From: an uncultured Actinomycetes bacterium
Lineage (GTDB): Bacteria > Actinomycetota > UBA4738 > HRBIN12
Length of the DNA stretch: 64,000 bases
Assembly: GCA_963704885.1 (NCBI GenBank)
Contig: CAVPIB010000004.1
Location: 960,001-1,024,000, forward strand
Direction of reading: 5' to 3'
The translations under genes were made by a program, and so were the position numbers. Below the pieces are notes generated by a model that was not told the DNA's origin, made no database searches, and saw only the letters and a list, made by a program, of their open reading frames with translations. This document shows, piece after piece, positions 54,267-63,779 of the stretch. Position 1 is the stretch's first letter; each line of letters opens with the position of its first letter.

Positions 54267-55529
54267 TCAGTCCTCCGCCGGGCGGAACACCATGACGCGG
54301 ACCTGCGAGCCGGCCGGCGCCGTGGCCGTCCCCACCGGGATCATGGCCAGTCCGTTGGCTCGAGCGACCGTCGAGATCAGGTTGGACCCGCGGGCGCCCG
54401 TCGGCGAAGCGGTCCAACCGTCGCCGCTGCGCTCCAACCGGACGCGAGCGAACTGCAGCTTGCCCCTGGGACCCGAGATCTCCTCGGACAGCGTCGCCGT
54501 CACCTCGGGCCGGTGGAGCTGCGTGCGGCCCATCATCTTGAGCACGGCCGGGCGCACGAAGATCTCGAAGCTCACGAACACGCTCACAGGGTTACCCGGC
54601 AGGCCGAAGAACGGCTTGCCTTCGATCTGGCCGAAGCCCTGCGGCATTCCGGGCTGCATCGCCACCTTGTAGAAATCCAGGTCGCCGCGGCGGAAGAACG
54701 CCGCCTTCACGACGTCGCGCTCCCCTACCGACACGCCTCCCGACGACACGAACGCGTCTGCCTGGATCACGTAGCTGAGCACCGTCTCGCGGAGCGATTC
54801 GACGTCGTCTTTGACTATTCCAGCGAGCACCGGCATGGCACCCAGCTCGCGCAGACCGGCGAAGAGCGTGTAGGCGTTGGAGTCGCGGATCTGACCGAAC
54901 TCCGGAGTCTCGGTGGGCGGGATCAGCTCGTCCCCGGTGGACAGCACGATCACGCGGGGACGCGGATGCACCATCGGGTGCGGGAACCCTGCGTTCGCCA
55001 GCAGGCCGAGTTCGGGGGGGCCCAGGCGCTTGCCTTCCGGCACCAGGATCTGCCCGCCCTTGACGTCCTCGCCCGCCGGCCGAACGTGCTTGCCGGCCGT
55101 GGGGGCGTCGAAGATCTGCACCATCTCACCGCCGGGCTCGGCGTTCTCGATCGGGACGACCGAGTCGGCGCCGGCGGGGATCGGCGCCCCGGTGGCGATC
55201 CGGATAGCTTCCCCGCCCCCCACCACCGCTTCGGGTCGCCGCCCGATCATGGCCCGTCCCACGATCTTCAGCTCCACCGGAGAGCCTGGGGTAGCGCCGA
55301 CCACGTCGGATGCTCGAACCGCGAACCCGTCCATCGCCGACGAAGCGAACTCCGGCAGGTCGCGCATGGCCACGACGTCTTCGGCCGAGACGCAGCCGTG
55401 AGCGTCCGTCAGGGGGAGCTGGAGCGGGGCCAGAGGTTGGATCTGAGACAACACCCGCTCCTGCGCATCCTCGACCGATAGGAGCCCGGTGACGTCGTCA
55501 TGGTCGTGGATCTGGCGGGTCGGGGGCAT
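54267..55529 (-). CDS. moeA: Molybdopterin molybdotransferase / gephyrin-like Glp
   Basis: SSAMDGFAVR, IATGAPIP, STGDEL, RDSN, SGGVSVG and GLPGNPVS. Confidence 0.95.
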   Translation of the reverse strand: MPPTRQIHDHDDVTGLLSVEDAQERVLSQIQPLAPLQLPLTDAHGCVSAEDVVAMRDLPEFASSAMDGFAVRASDVVGATPGSPVELKIVGRAMIGRRPEAVVGGGEAIRIATGAPIPAGADSVVPIENAEPGGEMVQIFDAPTAGKHVRPAGEDVKGGQILVPEGKRLGPPELGLLANAGFPHPMVHPRPRVIVLSTGDELIPPTETPEFGQIRDSNAYTLFAGLRELGAMPVLAGIVKDDVESLRETVLSYVIQADAFVSSGGVSVGERDVVKAAFFRRGDLDFYKVAMQPGMPQGFGQIEGKPFFGLPGNPVSVFVSFEIFVRPAVLKMMGRTQLHRPEVTATLSEEISGPRGKLQFARVRLERSGDGWTASPTGARGSNLISTVARANGLAMIPVGTATAPAGSQVRVMVFRPAED

Positions 55530-55571
55530 GCGGGCAGTCTACCCGTGGCCGCGGAATGGCCAGGCCGCGGC

Positions 55572-56450
55572 TCAGGCCAGGTCGATGCGGTGGATCAGTT
55601 CCTTCAGGTAGTGAGCGAAGTCCTTGCCCACGTCCTCGCGATCGAGCGCCATCTCCACCGTCGCCTTCAGGTAGTCGAGCCTGTTCCCAACGTCGAACCG
55701 CCCGCCGTCGAGCCGGTACGCGTAGACGGCGTGCTCCTTGGCCAACAGGTTGATCGCGTCGGTCAGCTGGATCTCTCCGCCACGGCCGGGTTCCGTCTGA
55801 CGGAGCGCGTCGAAGATATCGGGCGTCAACACGTAGCGGCCGATAGCCGCCAGGTTCGATGGCGCGTCTTCCGGCGAGGGCTTCTCCACGATCGAAAGCA
55901 CGCGAGCCAGGTGCTCTTCGATGAACTCCGGCTCGATCGAGCCGTAGTGGCTGATGTCTTGGAGCGGGACCTCTTGGACGGCGATCACGCTGCGGCCGTA
56001 GCGCTCATGCATGCGAAGCATGTCCGACAGGAGCGGCACCGACCGGTGGATCAGATCGTCGCCCAGAAGGACCGCGAACGGCTCGTCGCCGATGTGATCC
56101 TCGGCCACCGCCACCGCGTGGCCCAGGCCGAGCGGGTCCTTCTGGCGGATGTAATGGATCGTGGCCATGTCGCTGATCTCTCGGACCTGCTTCAACTCGT
56201 CGAACTTCCCCTTGGACTCGAGGAAGTGCTCCAGCTCGATGGACCGGTCGAAGTGGTCCTCGATCGAGCGTTTTCCGCGACCGGTCACGATCAGGATGTC
56301 GGTGAGCCCCGCTCGCGCCGCTTCCTCCACCACGTACTGGATCGAGGGGGTGTCGACCACCGGCAGCATCTCTTTCGGCTGCGCCTTGGTGGCGGGCAGG
56401 AACCGGGTACCCAGGCCTGCGGCCGGTATCACGGCCTTCCTGATCGACAT
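55572..56450 (-). CDS. galU: UTP-glucose-1-phosphate uridylyltransferase
   Basis: KAVIPAAGLGTRFLPATKAQPKEMLP, GLGHAV, VEKP and GEIQLTDA. Confidence 0.96.
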   Translation of the reverse strand: MSIRKAVIPAAGLGTRFLPATKAQPKEMLPVVDTPSIQYVVEEAARAGLTDILIVTGRGKRSIEDHFDRSIELEHFLESKGKFDELKQVREISDMATIHYIRQKDPLGLGHAVAVAEDHIGDEPFAVLLGDDLIHRSVPLLSDMLRMHERYGRSVIAVQEVPLQDISHYGSIEPEFIEEHLARVLSIVEKPSPEDAPSNLAAIGRYVLTPDIFDALRQTEPGRGGEIQLTDAINLLAKEHAVYAYRLDGGRFDVGNRLDYLKATVEMALDREDVGKDFAHYLKELIHRIDLA

Positions 56451-56912
56451 CCCGGTCCCTCCCTTCGCCCCGGCGGCGGAGGGAACGAGTCTATGCCCTC
56501 CCGGGTCGTTCGAAGGTCCGCCGGTGGTCATCCGTCGTCCCTCCATGAGGGCGCGTCGTCGGCCTCGGGAAGCTCCAGCAGGCGCACGTCGTGCGGTTCG
56601 AGTGAGGGATCTGCGGTCGAGGCGGCGGCCTCGATGGGGCCGACCAGCAGCTCCAGGTCGGGTCGACGTCGCGCCTCCCTGCCGAGTGTGGACCCGCGCA
56701 TGCCGAACCTCCTCGTGAACGCCGCCCCGGTCGGCGCTCCGCGGGCGGCGCGCCGTGGTCCTTCTCGGTGATGACGGTAGCCGGGTGTGACCACGCGAAC
56801 ATCGTCCAGAGGGCTCATCCGAAAGGCGGATGGCGCAACCATCGAAAGGCCCGGTCGAACGCCAGAACCGCATCCGGGACCTGCGGAAACCCTCCGCTAC
56901 ACTCGTCCGGTC

Positions 56913-57266
56913 ATGCCCACGTACGAGTACATGTGCCGCAGCTGCGGCCACACGTTCGACATCGTCCAAGCCATGCGCGACGACTCCATGACCGTCTGCC
57001 CCGAGTGCGGCGGCGAGCTCCGCAAGGTGTTCGCTCCACCGTCGATAGCGTTCAAGGGCTCGGGCTTCTACGCCACCGACCATGGGAAGAAGTCGAAGAA
57101 GGAGTCCGAGAAGTCTGGCGAGAAGTCTGGCGAGAAGTCTGGCGACACCGCGGCCGCGAAGTCCGATGTTAAGTCCGATAAGCCGGCGGAGTCGACCGGA
57201 TCCAAAGACGCTCCGAAACCCGCGCCCGAGAAGAAGCCGACGAAGAGCTCGGAGGCCACATCGTGA
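56913..57266 (+). CDS. FmdB-family zinc-ribbon protein with low-complexity tail
   Basis: MPTYEYMCRSCGH...CPECGG and FKGSGFYATD. Confidence 0.9.
   Translation: MPTYEYMCRSCGHTFDIVQAMRDDSMTVCPECGGELRKVFAPPSIAFKGSGFYATDHGKKSKKESEKSGEKSGEKSGDTAAAKSDVKSDKPAESTGSKDAPKPAPEKKPTKSSEATS
57108..57143 (+). repeat. In-frame tandem repeat (GAGAAGTCTGGC)x3 encoding EKSG
   Basis: Three exact 12-bp copies within the fmdB-like tail. Confidence 0.85.
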
Positions 57267-58057
57267 CGACAGCGGAGATCGGGGTCTTCGGTGGATCGGG
57301 GTTCACCGAGTTCCTGGAAGAGACCGAGACCGTGGACGTGGACACGCCGTACGGGAAGCCGTCGGCGCCTCCGGTGATCGGCGAAGTCGGCGGCCGCCGC
57401 GTGGCCTTCATCCCGCGACACGGCCTGAAGCATGAGTTCCCGCCTCATCGCGTGCCCTACCAGGCCAACGTCTGGGCCATGAAAGAGCTCGGGGTAACGC
57501 GGCTGCTCGGCCCGAACGCCTGCGGGTCGCTCCAGGCGAACGTGAAGCCCGGCGAGTTCGTGATCTGCGATCAGCTGGTCGACCGCACGCGCGACCGTCC
57601 GAACACGTTCTACGACGGGCCGGTCACCACCCACATCTCGTTCGCCGATCCGTACTGCCCGACCATGCGCGGCGCCACGATCGCGGCCGGACGCGAGATC
57701 GGTATCCCTTTGCACGAGCGCGGGACCGTTGTCGTGATCGAAGGGCCCAGGTTCTCCACCCGCGCCGAATCGGAGTGGTTCGCCTCGGTGGGATGGGAGG
57801 TCATCAACATGACGCAGTACCCCGAGTCGATCCTGGCGCGCGAGCTGGAGCTCTGCTACGCCAACATCTCGCTGATCACCGACTACGACGTGGGCGTGGA
57901 GGGCGTCCCCCCGGTGACGAACGACGAGGTGGTGCGGGTGTTCAACGAGAACAACGACAAGCTCCGCGGATTGTTGTTCGCGACGATCCCGGCCCTGCCC
58001 GACGAGCGAGACTGCCCCTGCCCCACGGCGTTGCAGGGCGCGAGCTTCGAGGCATAG
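57263..58057 (+). CDS. mtnP: S-methyl-5'-thioadenosine phosphorylase
   Basis: GVFGGSG, TPYGKPS, PRHG, EGPRFSTRAES, NMT and TDYD. Confidence 0.93.
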   Translation: MTTAEIGVFGGSGFTEFLEETETVDVDTPYGKPSAPPVIGEVGGRRVAFIPRHGLKHEFPPHRVPYQANVWAMKELGVTRLLGPNACGSLQANVKPGEFVICDQLVDRTRDRPNTFYDGPVTTHISFADPYCPTMRGATIAAGREIGIPLHERGTVVVIEGPRFSTRAESEWFASVGWEVINMTQYPESILARELELCYANISLITDYDVGVEGVPPVTNDEVVRVFNENNDKLRGLLFATIPALPDERDCPCPTALQGASFEA

Positions 58058-58060
58058 TCC

Positions 58061-58240
58061 ATGGCCGACCGGGTGCTGGTCTCGGTGGAGATGCGCTTCA
58101 AGACCGAGGCCGACGCGCGAGCGCTCGGCGATCGGATCGAGGAGGCGGTGCGGCAGATCGTGGGCCGCGAGGCGCTGGAGGAGTTCCGGGTACGAACCTT
58201 GCCTCTGTCCCAGAAGAAAGGCCCGCGCCCGGTCGAGTGA
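58061..58240 (+). CDS. 59-aa hypothetical protein (below ORF-track cutoff)
   Basis: MADRVLVSVEMRFKTEADARALGDRIEEAVRQIVGREALEEFRVRTLPLSQKKGPRPVE; starts 3 nt after the mtnP stop; G/C-rich third positions. Confidence 0.7.
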   Translation: MADRVLVSVEMRFKTEADARALGDRIEEAVRQIVGREALEEFRVRTLPLSQKKGPRPVE

Positions 58241-58310
58241 TCTTGGGGAAACGTCGCCGGTCGTGACCGTCGTCACGGTAGGGACGGCGCCCATGTGCGA
58301 ACGTCCCGAC

Positions 58311-58985
58311 ATGTTCCGTCGACGCTGGCCGATCGCCTCGAAGATCCTGATGGTTCTCGCGGTCCTGCTTGGATCGCTGGCTTTCGTGTTGGTGCGCGGA
58401 TATCAGGACCGTGTGGAGGCGCTCCGCCCGGCGGTGGGTCCGATGGTGCCGGTCGCGGTGGCTGCTTCGGATCTGGCTCGTGGATCGGTCCTGAGCGAGG
58501 CGATGCTGGAGACGTCTTCTATGCCCGAGTCGTTCGTTCCACCTGGTGCCGTGGCGTCGCCCGCCGCGGCAGCCGGTCGTGTGCTCACGGCCGACATCGC
58601 GGCGGGCGAGGTGCTGACAGCGTCGCGACTCTCCGTCCCGGAGGCTGGCCCGATCGCGGCTCTGGTTCCCGAGGGTCTTCGCGCCATGGTGATCACGGCG
58701 CCGCTGCCCACGAACGCGCTGCGCGCCGGCGACCACGTCGACGTGTACGCGACCTACGGCGGCGGCCGCCCTCACACGGAACTGGCGGCAAGCGCGCTCG
58801 AGGTCCTGCGGGTCATCGCCGGCTCGTCGGGTAGCGGCGGGATCGCGGGAACCACGTCAGGTGCGGACGGCATCACGTTGGTCTTGTTGGTGGACGAAGC
58901 CACCGCGTCGCGTCTCGCCTACGCACGCTCGTTCGCGCAGCTGTCGGTCGCGATCCTCGCTCCCGGGCCCGCGACAGGAACGTGA
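58311..58985 (+). CDS. SAF-domain / CpaB-like protein
   Basis: N-terminal TM, VAVAASDLARGSVL, IAAGEVLTASRL and LRAGDHVDV. Confidence 0.8.
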   Translation: MFRRRWPIASKILMVLAVLLGSLAFVLVRGYQDRVEALRPAVGPMVPVAVAASDLARGSVLSEAMLETSSMPESFVPPGAVASPAAAAGRVLTADIAAGEVLTASRLSVPEAGPIAALVPEGLRAMVITAPLPTNALRAGDHVDVYATYGGGRPHTELAASALEVLRVIAGSSGSGGIAGTTSGADGITLVLLVDEATASRLAYARSFAQLSVAILAPGPATGT

Positions 58986-59070
58986 TAGTCCCCAGCCGTT
59001 CGCCGCGTGGCGCACAGGAAGGCGCCCGCTAGCATGGGCCGGACCTTCCGCCGGAAAGGACCAGCTCCCC

Positions 59071-59910
59071 GTGACGATCTTCCAGGCCATCGTGCTCGGC
59101 ATCACCCAGGGTGCCACCGAGTTCGCGCCTATCTCCAGCTCCGGACACCTGATCTTGGTGCCCTGGCTCTTCAACTGGTCGATCGTCAGCGACGTGGCGC
59201 TGAACAAGACGTTCGATGTGGCGCTGCACGTGGGAACGCTGGTCGGAGCTGTCGCGTACTTCCGGAAGGACCTGTGGCGTTACCTGCTCGCGTGGATCGT
59301 CTCGATCCGGCACCGTTCGATCCAGACGCAGGATCAACGGCTGGCGTGGGCGCTCGTTGTCGGCACGATCCCGGGTGCCCTGGTCGGTGCCGTCTTCGAG
59401 GGCCCCATCCAGGAGCACCTGGGCGAGCCCCTCCTGATCGCGGTGATGCTCGCCGTGTTCGGCGTTGTGCTGTGGTGGGTCGACGCGCGGTCACCGTCCG
59501 ACCGCGGCATGAACTCGATCGGCGTGAAGACCGGGCTCGGTCTCGGCGTGGTGCAAGCGGTGGCGCTTCAGCCGGGGGTCTCACGCTCGGGCATAACGAT
59601 GACGGCCGCGCGCTGGATCGGGATCGACCGTGAGTCGGCCGCTCGGTTCTCGTTCCTGCTGGCCATCCCGATCATCGCGGGCGCGGGTCTCTACAAGGGC
59701 CTAGATCTGTTCGAGACGGGGTTCCAGGGCTACGCCAGCGAGTTCTTCTGGGGGTTCGTCTCGTCGGCGGTCAGCGGGTACGTGGTGATCTGGGGCCTGC
59801 TCGGCTATCTGCGCCGGCACACGTTCAAGGCGTTCATGTACTACCGGTTGGCCGTGGCTGGACTGGTGTTCGCACTCATCGCCACGGGAGCCCGCTCCGC
59901 CACCGTCTAG
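59071..59910 (+). CDS. uppP: Undecaprenyl-diphosphate phosphatase
   Basis: QGATEFAPISSSGHL, PGVSRSGIT and ARFSFLL. Confidence 0.95.
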   Translation: MTIFQAIVLGITQGATEFAPISSSGHLILVPWLFNWSIVSDVALNKTFDVALHVGTLVGAVAYFRKDLWRYLLAWIVSIRHRSIQTQDQRLAWALVVGTIPGALVGAVFEGPIQEHLGEPLLIAVMLAVFGVVLWWVDARSPSDRGMNSIGVKTGLGLGVVQAVALQPGVSRSGITMTAARWIGIDRESAARFSFLLAIPIIAGAGLYKGLDLFETGFQGYASEFFWGFVSSAVSGYVVIWGLLGYLRRHTFKAFMYYRLAVAGLVFALIATGARSATV

Positions 59911-59991
59911 TCTGAACTGGACTAGCTCCGGGGCGTCGGCGCGCCGGGCGCCCGTAAGGGGTTCGCAACATCCGTGCTCCATCATGGTTGG

Positions 59992-60672
59992 ATGAGCGAC
60001 GTGCGCGTCCTGGTGGTCGACGACGAACCGATGGTGCGCGAGGTACTGGAGCGGTACCTCCGCAAGGAGGGCTTCGACGTCAGCACGGCCGAGGACGGCC
60101 CCGAGGCCCTGGCGACGTTCGCGTCGGACGAGCCGGACCTGGTGCTGCTCGACCTGATGCTGCCGCAGATCGACGGCTACGAGGTGTTCCGTCGGATGCG
60201 CGCCACCGCCGAGACACCCGTGATCATGCTCACCGCCCGCGGCGAGGAGACCGATCGAGTGGTGGGATTGGAGCTGGGCGCCGACGACTACGTGACCAAG
60301 CCGTTCTCCCCACGCGAGGTCGTGGCCCGTGTCCGCGCGGTCCTTCGGCGCACCGGGCAACCGGCGGTCGCCGGTCGCCTGGACTTCGGCGACCTGCAGA
60401 TCGACACCGATCGGCGTGAGGTCCGGCTGGCCGAGAGTTCGATCCACCTGACCCGCAAGGAATTCGACCTGCTCGCCTATCTTGCTGCTCGCCCCGGGGT
60501 GACGTTCACGCGCAGCCAGCTGCTCGAGGACCTGTGGGACTGGGCGTGGGACGGGGACACGGCCACCGTCACCGTTCACATCCGCCGGCTGCGCGAGAAG
60601 ATCGAGGCCGACCCCTCCCAGCCCGAGCGACTTATCACCGTCTGGGGCGTGGGGTACAGGTTCGAACCATGA
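59992..60672 (+). CDS. OmpR-family response regulator
   Basis: LVVDDE, LLDLMLP, GADDYVTKPF, TVTVHIRRLREK and TVWGVGY. Confidence 0.95.
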   Translation: MSDVRVLVVDDEPMVREVLERYLRKEGFDVSTAEDGPEALATFASDEPDLVLLDLMLPQIDGYEVFRRMRATAETPVIMLTARGEETDRVVGLELGADDYVTKPFSPREVVARVRAVLRRTGQPAVAGRLDFGDLQIDTDRREVRLAESSIHLTRKEFDLLAYLAARPGVTFTRSQLLEDLWDWAWDGDTATVTVHIRRLREKIEADPSQPERLITVWGVGYRFEP

Positions 60673-61874
60673 CCACGTGGAGGACCTTCGCGCTTGTGGT
60701 CGCCGTGGCCGCGGCCGGAGCCGCGGGAACAGCGGTCGTGGCCGTGGCGTTCGGCATGCCCCAGAGCGACATCGTCCATCTGCTCTGGCTGATCCTGCCT
60801 GCAGCGGCGGTTACGGTGGTGGCCGCCTTCGCCGCCAAGCCCCTGCTGCGGCGCGCATCGCTCCGACAGCGGTTCGTCGCGGTGGCGCTGGTGGCCGCGG
60901 CGGTGGCGCTCGCCAACGTGGCGGTCCTCACCCGGCAGATGTTCGTGAGCGCGCACGACGCCACGACCCTGGCCGTGCTCCTGGTGTTCGGGTTGGGCGC
61001 CGGCGTGGCGGCTGCGCTCGTGGTCGCGCGCTCGGCCTCGGCGTCGCTCGACCGTCTGGACGCGACCGCTCACGCCCTGGGCGAGGGACGCTTGGACGCA
61101 CGCGCGGGCACGCTCGACGCCGGGCCCGAGCTCGACACGCTCGCACGAACCCTCGACGAGATGGCCGAACGGCTTCAGGTGGCGCAGGTGCGCGAGCGCG
61201 AGGCGGAGTCCATGAGGCGCGACCTGATAACCACGGTTTCCCACGACCTGCGGACCCCGCTCGCCAGCCTTCGGGCAATGATCGAGGCGGTGGACGACGG
61301 CGTGGTCACCGACGCCCCCAGCCTGCAGCGGTACTCGCGCGAGATGCGCCGCTCGGTCGATCAGCTGGTGACCATGGTCGACGACCTGTTCGAGCTAACC
61401 CAATTGGATGCGGTCGCGATCGAGACCGAAACCCGGCGGGCACGCCTGGAGGACATCGTCCGCTCGGCGGTGGCCGCCGTTGAGGGCCAGGCGGGTGAGA
61501 AGGGACTGTCGCTGGTGGCAGACCTTGGCGACGCGGGCGAGACCGCATGTTCGCCTCGTCTGGTGCGAGTCCTGCAGAACCTGCTCGCGAACGCGGTCCG
61601 CCACACCCCTGCCGATGGGTCGGTCAGCATCACCGCCGTGCGTGACCACGCCACCGTTCGGGTCGCGGTGGTCGACACCGGCGAGGGTATAGCGCAGGAC
61701 GACCTGGACCGGGTCTTCGATCCGTTCTTCCGGGCGGACCCGTCACGCACCGGAGGCGGGGCCGGCTTGGGACTGGCATTGGCCAAGCGGATCGTGGAGG
61801 CGATGGGCGGCAGGATCAGCGTGGAGAGCGCGGTCGCGTCGGGCTCGCGGTTCGCCGTGGAGCTACCGCTCTAG
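60669..61874 (+). CDS. Membrane sensor histidine kinase (HAMP-HisKA-HATPase)
   Basis: VSHDLRTPL, NLLANAVRH, DTGEGI and GAGLGLAL. Confidence 0.95.
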   Translation: MTTWRTFALVVAVAAAGAAGTAVVAVAFGMPQSDIVHLLWLILPAAAVTVVAAFAAKPLLRRASLRQRFVAVALVAAAVALANVAVLTRQMFVSAHDATTLAVLLVFGLGAGVAAALVVARSASASLDRLDATAHALGEGRLDARAGTLDAGPELDTLARTLDEMAERLQVAQVREREAESMRRDLITTVSHDLRTPLASLRAMIEAVDDGVVTDAPSLQRYSREMRRSVDQLVTMVDDLFELTQLDAVAIETETRRARLEDIVRSAVAAVEGQAGEKGLSLVADLGDAGETACSPRLVRVLQNLLANAVRHTPADGSVSITAVRDHATVRVAVVDTGEGIAQDDLDRVFDPFFRADPSRTGGGAGLGLALAKRIVEAMGGRISVESAVASGSRFAVELPL

Positions 61875-62371
61875 AGCGGCGCAACCCCGAACCCGACCGA
61901 GAACCGGCGGCACCAGATCACGGCGCTGCGGATCGACGCGATGTCGACGCCGGCCGGGATCTCGTAGTTCTGGCTCCCCTGGTTCCCCTTCAGTCCGCCC
62001 AGGTCGATCGGGGCGACGCCGAACGCGGCCTCGTCGCCGTCGGCCGGCGCGATCGACAGGTACACGCGCAGGTCCGGGCCGTCGAGCGTGTCCAGATCAT
62101 CGATCCGAAGGATGAAGCTCCCGTCGTCCAACTCCACGATCCTCGCGGAACCGGTGGTCTCGTGGGCCAGCCCGGTGAACGACCCCCCGCTCTGCCCAGC
62201 ATCGTCCGCGGGGACCGTGCTCGCCGAGGGCAGCGCCTCGTCGACCCGCCGGTCGAACAGCAACGCCTGCGGACCGAACCAGTAGATGCCGAAGCCGATG
62301 GCGGCCAGCAGGGAAAGCGCGACGACGACTGAGAGTCCCTTCCTGCGCCGGATGACCTCCGTGATCTGCAC
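61871..62371 (-). CDS. DM13-domain membrane-anchored protein
   Basis: N-terminal TM, GPDLRVYLS, LGGLKGNQGSQNY and VIWCRRFSVGFG. Confidence 0.88.
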   Translation of the reverse strand: MQITEVIRRRKGLSVVVALSLLAAIGFGIYWFGPQALLFDRRVDEALPSASTVPADDAGQSGGSFTGLAHETTGSARIVELDDGSFILRIDDLDTLDGPDLRVYLSIAPADGDEAAFGVAPIDLGGLKGNQGSQNYEIPAGVDIASIRSAVIWCRRFSVGFGVAPL

Positions 62372-62435
62372 GACTTCACTCTGGCAGGCGGACCTTTCCA
62401 ACCTCGAACGGAACCCGCATCGAGGTGAAACTTCC

Positions 62436-63779
62436 CTACACGCCCGCTAGCGTCATCTCCCCGATCAGGAGCGAAGGGGTTCCGACCGAGGAGAAGAAGC
62501 GGAGGTCGCTACCCACACCCGTGATGCCGGCGAGCATCTCGGGCAGCGTGGAGGCAACCGTCATCTCGCGCAGCGGCTCGCCCAACGCCCCGCCGGCGAT
62601 CCGAAGCCCGGTCGCCCCCACCGAGAACTCGCCGCTGATCGGGTTGGCGCCGGAATGAACGCCGGAGACGTCCTGGATCAGGACGCCACCCTCCGCGCGC
62701 TGCAACAACTGATCGAACGACAGCTCGCCCGCCTCCACGTAGAAGTTCGAGGTGCCCACCCCGGGAGCGGACTTGTAGCCGCCGCGCTTTGCGTTGCCCG
62801 TGGAGGCCGTGCCCTCTCCCGTACGGCTGGCCGTATACGTGTTGTGCAGGAAGCCGTTCAACGTCCCTCGCGTGAACAGCTCCGTCCGTCCGCTGGGCAC
62901 GCCCTCGTCGTCGAACGGCGAGGCGGCCGGGCCAGCGGTGATCGTGCCGTCGTCCACGAGCGTGAACAGCTCAGAGCCCACCTGCCGTCCGGCCATAGTC
63001 GCGAACAGCGAACGGCCCTTGAGCACCGCCTCCGCCGAGAGCGCCCCGGCCAGCACACCCAGGAACGACATCGCGGCGAACTGATCGAGCACCACCGGCA
63101 CCTTCACGGTGGTCGGCTTCGTGGCGCCCAGCATGCGGACCGAACGCGCGACGGCCTCGTCGGCGATCGCCTCCGGATCGAGCTCGTCGATACCACGGGA
63201 GATCGAGAACGAGAACCCGGTCTGCGTCTCGTCGCCTTCGACCGCGAGCGCCACCGCGACGCACCAGGCGTCGGTGCGCGCGTACTCGGCCTGAACACCG
63301 GTCGTGGAAGCGATCGCCACCCGCGACACCGCGTCTCCGATCTGCGCGGCGTCGATCTTGCTCACCCGTGGATCGATCGAGACCGTCCGCCGTTCCAGGT
63401 CGAGCGCCAGCTGCACCTTGCGATCGGTAGCGATGTTCGCCTGATCTTCGCGATACAGCCCCTCGATCGACACTGCCGGCTGGGCGGCCGGCAATAGGTT
63501 GAACTCGTCGGGCTCTGCGAGCGAGGCGTTCACTCGTGCGCTTTCGACCGCCGCGCGCACCTCGTCCGCCGTGGGATCGGCCGCGTAGGCGTATCCCAGC
63601 CGCCCGTCCGCGATCAGACGCACACCCACCCCGCGCGACTCCGCGAACGTCAGTCCTTCGATCTCGCCGCGGAGCGCGCTAGCCTCGGTGTGGCGCGACT
63701 CCTCCGCGTAGGCCTCCACCGCCTCCTCGTCGCGAGCACCTTCGATCGCCACCCGGCACAGTTCGGCCAGATCAGGCAC
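62436..63779 (-). CDS. pmbA: TldE/PmbA family protein
   Basis: GVGVRLIADGRLG, PFDDEG, GANPISGEFS and PSLLI; follows tldD. Confidence 0.88.
   Translation of the reverse strand: MPDLAELCRVAIEGARDEEAVEAYAEESRHTEASALRGEIEGLTFAESRGVGVRLIADGRLGYAYAADPTADEVRAAVESARVNASLAEPDEFNLLPAAQPAVSIEGLYREDQANIATDRKVQLALDLERRTVSIDPRVSKIDAAQIGDAVSRVAIASTTGVQAEYARTDAWCVAVALAVEGDETQTGFSFSISRGIDELDPEAIADEAVARSVRMLGATKPTTVKVPVVLDQFAAMSFLGVLAGALSAEAVLKGRSLFATMAGRQVGSELFTLVDDGTITAGPAASPFDDEGVPSGRTELFTRGTLNGFLHNTYTASRTGEGTASTGNAKRGGYKSAPGVGTSNFYVEAGELSFDQLLQRAEGGVLIQDVSGVHSGANPISGEFSVGATGLRIAGGALGEPLREMTVASTLPEMLAGITGVGSDLRFFSSVGTPSLLIGEMTLAGV

Noticed and set aside
56528-56842. Small minus-strand ORF upstream of galU
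   Set aside because: No recognisable motif, uncertain start and weak codon bias, so it is not called.
57108-57143. 12-bp tandem repeat as a phase-variation switch
   Set aside because: The unit length is a multiple of three and lies in a low-complexity tail, so copy changes would not alter the frame.
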